A stretch of DNA of 64,000 nucleotides from contig OZ245843.1 in NCBI GenBank assembly GCA_965228875.1, positions 1,656,616 through 1,720,615 of the forward strand. Reading direction: 5' to 3'. A model generated the notes under the pieces. It saw only the letters and a list, made by a program, of their open reading frames with translations. It was not told the DNA's origin and made no database searches. This DNA is from Thalassobaculaceae bacterium. Lineage in GTDB: Bacteria > Pseudomonadota > Alphaproteobacteria > Thalassobaculales > Thalassobaculaceae. Position 1 is the first letter of the stretch, and each line of letters starts with the position of its first letter. Positions 61,385-64,000 of this stretch are shown one piece after another. The position numbers and the translations under genes were made by a program.

Positions 61385-62509
61385 GTGGTGGAGGACACCA
61401 TAACCGCCCCCAGCAGCACCGGTTCCGGCGCCCCGACGGGTGACCGGGCCAACGATCCCCTCACCTACCGCGACGCCGGAGTCGATATCGACGCGGGCGA
61501 CGCCCTGGTCGAGGCGATCAAACCGCTCGCCGCCTCCACCCGCCGGCCCGGCGCCAATGCCGATCTCGGCGGTTTCGGCGGCCTGTTCGACCTGCGCGCC
61601 GCCGGCTTCTCCGACCCGATCCTGGTCGCCGCCACCGACGGCGTCGGCACCAAGCTCCGGGTCGCGATCGAGGCCGGCCGGCACAACACCGTCGGCATCG
61701 ACCTGGTCGCCATGTGCGTCAACGATCTGGTGGTCCAGGGCGCCGAGCCGCTGATGTTCCTGGACTACTACGCCACCGGCAGGCTGGACGTCGCGACCGC
61801 CCGCGCGGTCGTCGCCGGTATCGCAGAGGGGTGCCGGCAGGCTGGCTGCGGCCTGATCGGCGGCGAGACGGCGGAGATGCCCGGCATGTACGGCGACGGC
61901 GACTACGACCTGGCGGGTTTCGCCGTCGGCGCCGTCGAGCGCGAACGGGTCCTGGAGCGCGGCCGGGTCGCCGAGGGAGACGTGGTCCTCGGCCTCGCCG
62001 CCTCCGGGGTGCATTCCAACGGCTACTCGCTGGTCCGCCGGGTTGTCGAGCGCGCCGACCTGTCCTGGGACGCGCCGGCCCCCTTCGACCCCGAGAAGAG
62101 CCTGGCCGAGGCTCTGCTGGCGCCGACCCGGATCTACGTGAAGGCCTGCCTCGCGGCGTTGGAGAGCGATGCGGTCAGCGGCTTCGTCCACGTCACCGGC
62201 GGCGGCCTGGTCGAGAACCCGCCCCGGGTCTACGGCGACGATCTCGCCCTGCGCCTCGATCTGTCGTGTTGGACGCCGCCGGCCGTGTTCCCCTGGCTGG
62301 CAAGCGCGGGCGGCATCGAGGGCCGGGAAATGCTGCGCACCTTCAACTGCGGCCTCGGCATGCTGGTGGTCGTGCGCGCCGACGCCGTCGACACCGTCGA
62401 GACCGCATTGCGGACCCATGGCGAGACGCCGGTCCGCGTCGGCCGGATCGAGCGCCGGGACGGCGACGCCGTGGTGTTCGACGGCCTCGACCAGACCTGG
62501 CTGGCGTGA
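61385..62509 (+). CDS. purM: Phosphoribosylformylglycinamidine cyclo-ligase (AIR synthetase)
   Basis: [39 protein letters not shown] and TFNCG. Confidence 0.97.
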   Translation: MVEDTITAPSSTGSGAPTGDRANDPLTYRDAGVDIDAGDALVEAIKPLAASTRRPGANADLGGFGGLFDLRAAGFSDPILVAATDGVGTKLRVAIEAGRHNTVGIDLVAMCVNDLVVQGAEPLMFLDYYATGRLDVATARAVVAGIAEGCRQAGCGLIGGETAEMPGMYGDGDYDLAGFAVGAVERERVLERGRVAEGDVVLGLAASGVHSNGYSLVRRVVERADLSWDAPAPFDPEKSLAEALLAPTRIYVKACLAALESDAVSGFVHVTGGGLVENPPRVYGDDLALRLDLSCWTPPAVFPWLASAGGIEGREMLRTFNCGLGMLVVVRADAVDTVETALRTHGETPVRVGRIERRDGDAVVFDGLDQTWLA

Positions 62510-63117
62510 TGGCCCGCAAGCGCGTCGGCGTCCTGATCTCCGGCGGGGGCAGCAACCTGCAGGCGCTGATCGACGCGGCCGCCGACCCCGCCTACCCGGG
62601 CGAGATCGTGCTGGTGATCTCCAACCGGCCCGGCGCCTACGGCCTGCAGCGCGCGGCGACGGCCAGCATCCCGACCGCGGTGATCGACCACACGGCCTTT
62701 CCCGACCGGGCGGCATTCGATTCCGAGATCGACGCCGCCCTGCGCGCCGCGGGGTGCGAGATCGTCTGCCTTGCTGGCTTCATGCGGGTGCTGACGCCGC
62801 GGTTCGTCGAGGGCTGGGCCGGACGCATGCTCAACATCCACCCCTCCCTCCTGCCGTCCTTCAAGGGGCTGCACGTCCAGCAGCAGGCCCTGGACGCCGG
62901 GGTCAGGATCGCCGGCTGCACGGTGCATCTGGTCACGCCGGACCTGGATGACGGGCCGATCCTGGAGCAGGCCGCCGTCCCCGTGCTCGACGGCGACGAC
63001 GTGGCCTCCCTGTCCGCGCGGATTCTGGAGCAGGAGCACCGGATCTACCCGAAGGCGCTGGCGGCGCTGGCCGGAGGAACCATCCGGATCGAGGGCCGAC
63101 GAGCGGTCTCCGTCTAG
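62509..63117 (+). CDS. purN: Phosphoribosylglycinamide formyltransferase
   Basis: LISGGGSNLQAL, LAGFMR, NIHPSLLP, GCTVH, D.GPI and EH. TGATG overlap with purM. Confidence 0.97.
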   Translation: MARKRVGVLISGGGSNLQALIDAAADPAYPGEIVLVISNRPGAYGLQRAATASIPTAVIDHTAFPDRAAFDSEIDAALRAAGCEIVCLAGFMRVLTPRFVEGWAGRMLNIHPSLLPSFKGLHVQQQALDAGVRIAGCTVHLVTPDLDDGPILEQAAVPVLDGDDVASLSARILEQEHRIYPKALAALAGGTIRIEGRRAVSV

Positions 63118-63184
63118 ACCGCTTGTTGCAGCGCACAACGGCAGTCTAGACTTTCCGTCGATCAACCGTCCGGAGACCCGCCCG

Positions 63185-63796
63185 ATGCGCCCGACATCCG
63201 CAACCGTCACCGCCGCCGCCCTGGCCGCGACCGCCCTCGCAACCGTTGCCGACCCCGCGCTGGCGCATACCGGCGGCGTACCCATGGCGGGGCTGACGGC
63301 CGGTTTCCTGCACCCGTTCGGCGGGCTCGACCACATTCTGGCGATGGTCGCCGTCGGCGCATCGGCGGCGCTGGTGGGCGGTCGGGTCCTCTGGGCGGTG
63401 CCCCTCGCCTTCATCGCCGCGATGACCGCCGGCGCCCTGGCGGGAGGGGCCGGCATGCCGCTCCCGGGGGTCGAGACCGGGATCGCTCTCTCGGTGGTGG
63501 CGCTCGGTCTCGCGGCGGCCGCCGGCAGGTCGGTCTCGGGCCCGGCGGCCGTGCTCGTCGCCGGCGTCTTCGCGGTATTCCACGGCCATGCCCACGGGGC
63601 GGAGATGCCCGCCGCCGCTTCGGGCCTGCTCTACGGCGCCGGGTTCGTCGCCGCGACGCTTCTGCTGCACGTCGCCGGCCTCGCCGCGACACGGCTGACC
63701 GAGCGCGCGTTCGCCACGGCCGGATCCCGGGGCGTGCGCGTGGCCGGCGCGATCACCGCCTCGCTCGGCCTCGCGCTGGCGGGCGGCGTCCTGTAG
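63185..63796 (+). CDS. HupE/UreJ family Ni/Co permease
   Basis: Signal peptide ending ALAH, GFLHPFGGLDHILAM, FHGHAHGAE and T..LH. Confidence 0.92.
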   Translation: MRPTSATVTAAALAATALATVADPALAHTGGVPMAGLTAGFLHPFGGLDHILAMVAVGASAALVGGRVLWAVPLAFIAAMTAGALAGGAGMPLPGVETGIALSVVALGLAAAAGRSVSGPAAVLVAGVFAVFHGHAHGAEMPAAASGLLYGAGFVAATLLLHVAGLAATRLTERAFATAGSRGVRVAGAITASLGLALAGGVL

Positions 63797-63900
63797 GGCG
63801 GCGGCCGGTCGCAGTCGCAGCCAAGAGACTTTTCGTGCCGCATCCGTTCCCGTATATTCGCGGCGATTAACGTACCTGCGCCTGGGAGGGTATTGAACGC

Positions 63901-64000
63901 ATGACCGGTAACGATCAATTCGCGGAGTTGACCCGAGAGCGCAAGGCGTTCTGGGACGGCTTCATGAGCATGACGCTGTGGACGGGAGTGGTGCTCGCCG
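63901..64000 (+). CDS. Small membrane protein, possibly aa3 cytochrome c oxidase subunit IV (runs off the window)
   Basis: RBS GGAGGG and MTGNDQFAELTRERKAFWDGFMSMTLWTGVVLA, which resembles the xxWxGFxxxxxW pattern of CtaH-like proteins. Confidence 0.5.
   Translation, partial: MTGNDQFAELTRERKAFWDGFMSMTLWTGVVLA

Noticed and set aside
63118..63184. Cobalamin riboswitch upstream of hupE/ureJ
   Set aside because: The intergenic space is only 67 bp and lacks a B12-box.

Overview
A high-GC (about 68-70% by eye) alphaproteobacterial chromosome segment, most like Rhodospirillales by gene content and synteny (inference). The left part (1-26.6 kb) is accessory and metabolic. It holds the start of the fdsGBA formate dehydrogenase operon with a LysR regulator, interrupted by an AT-rich orphan gene carrying a HEPN-like RxxxxH motif. 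It also holds degP/Q, three stand-alone PAS_5-like genes, SDRs, Fe/2OG dioxygenases, an isolated hybrid CheA, a four-gene operon with a fused TPP E1 alpha/beta, amn, cinA, zntB and a cupredoxin / hybrid kinase / receiver module. The right part (26.6-64 kb) is conserved core: gatCAB, ruvX, pyrB-pyrC-plsY-dprA-topA-rnr, an S41 protease, rpmG, divK-pleD, ROK kinase, dinB, eipB, a GGDEF protein, a SPOR lipoprotein, rnd, ppk-ppx, hdaA, AI-2E, DUF2066, purMN and hupE/ureJ. I saw no rRNA, tRNA, CRISPR array, transposase or integrase. The three strongest leads are (1) the foreign HEPN-like gene between lysR and the fds promoter, a candidate stand-alone anti-phage ribonuclease; (2) ppx in frame with ppk behind a single TGA, with no ATG/GTG/TTG before its essential motif; (3) an ftr-like enhancer, IHF-like site and sigma54 promoter in front of a small diguanylate cyclase near divK-pleD. 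All annotations come from motif recognition by eye, no searches were run, and start codons are best guesses.
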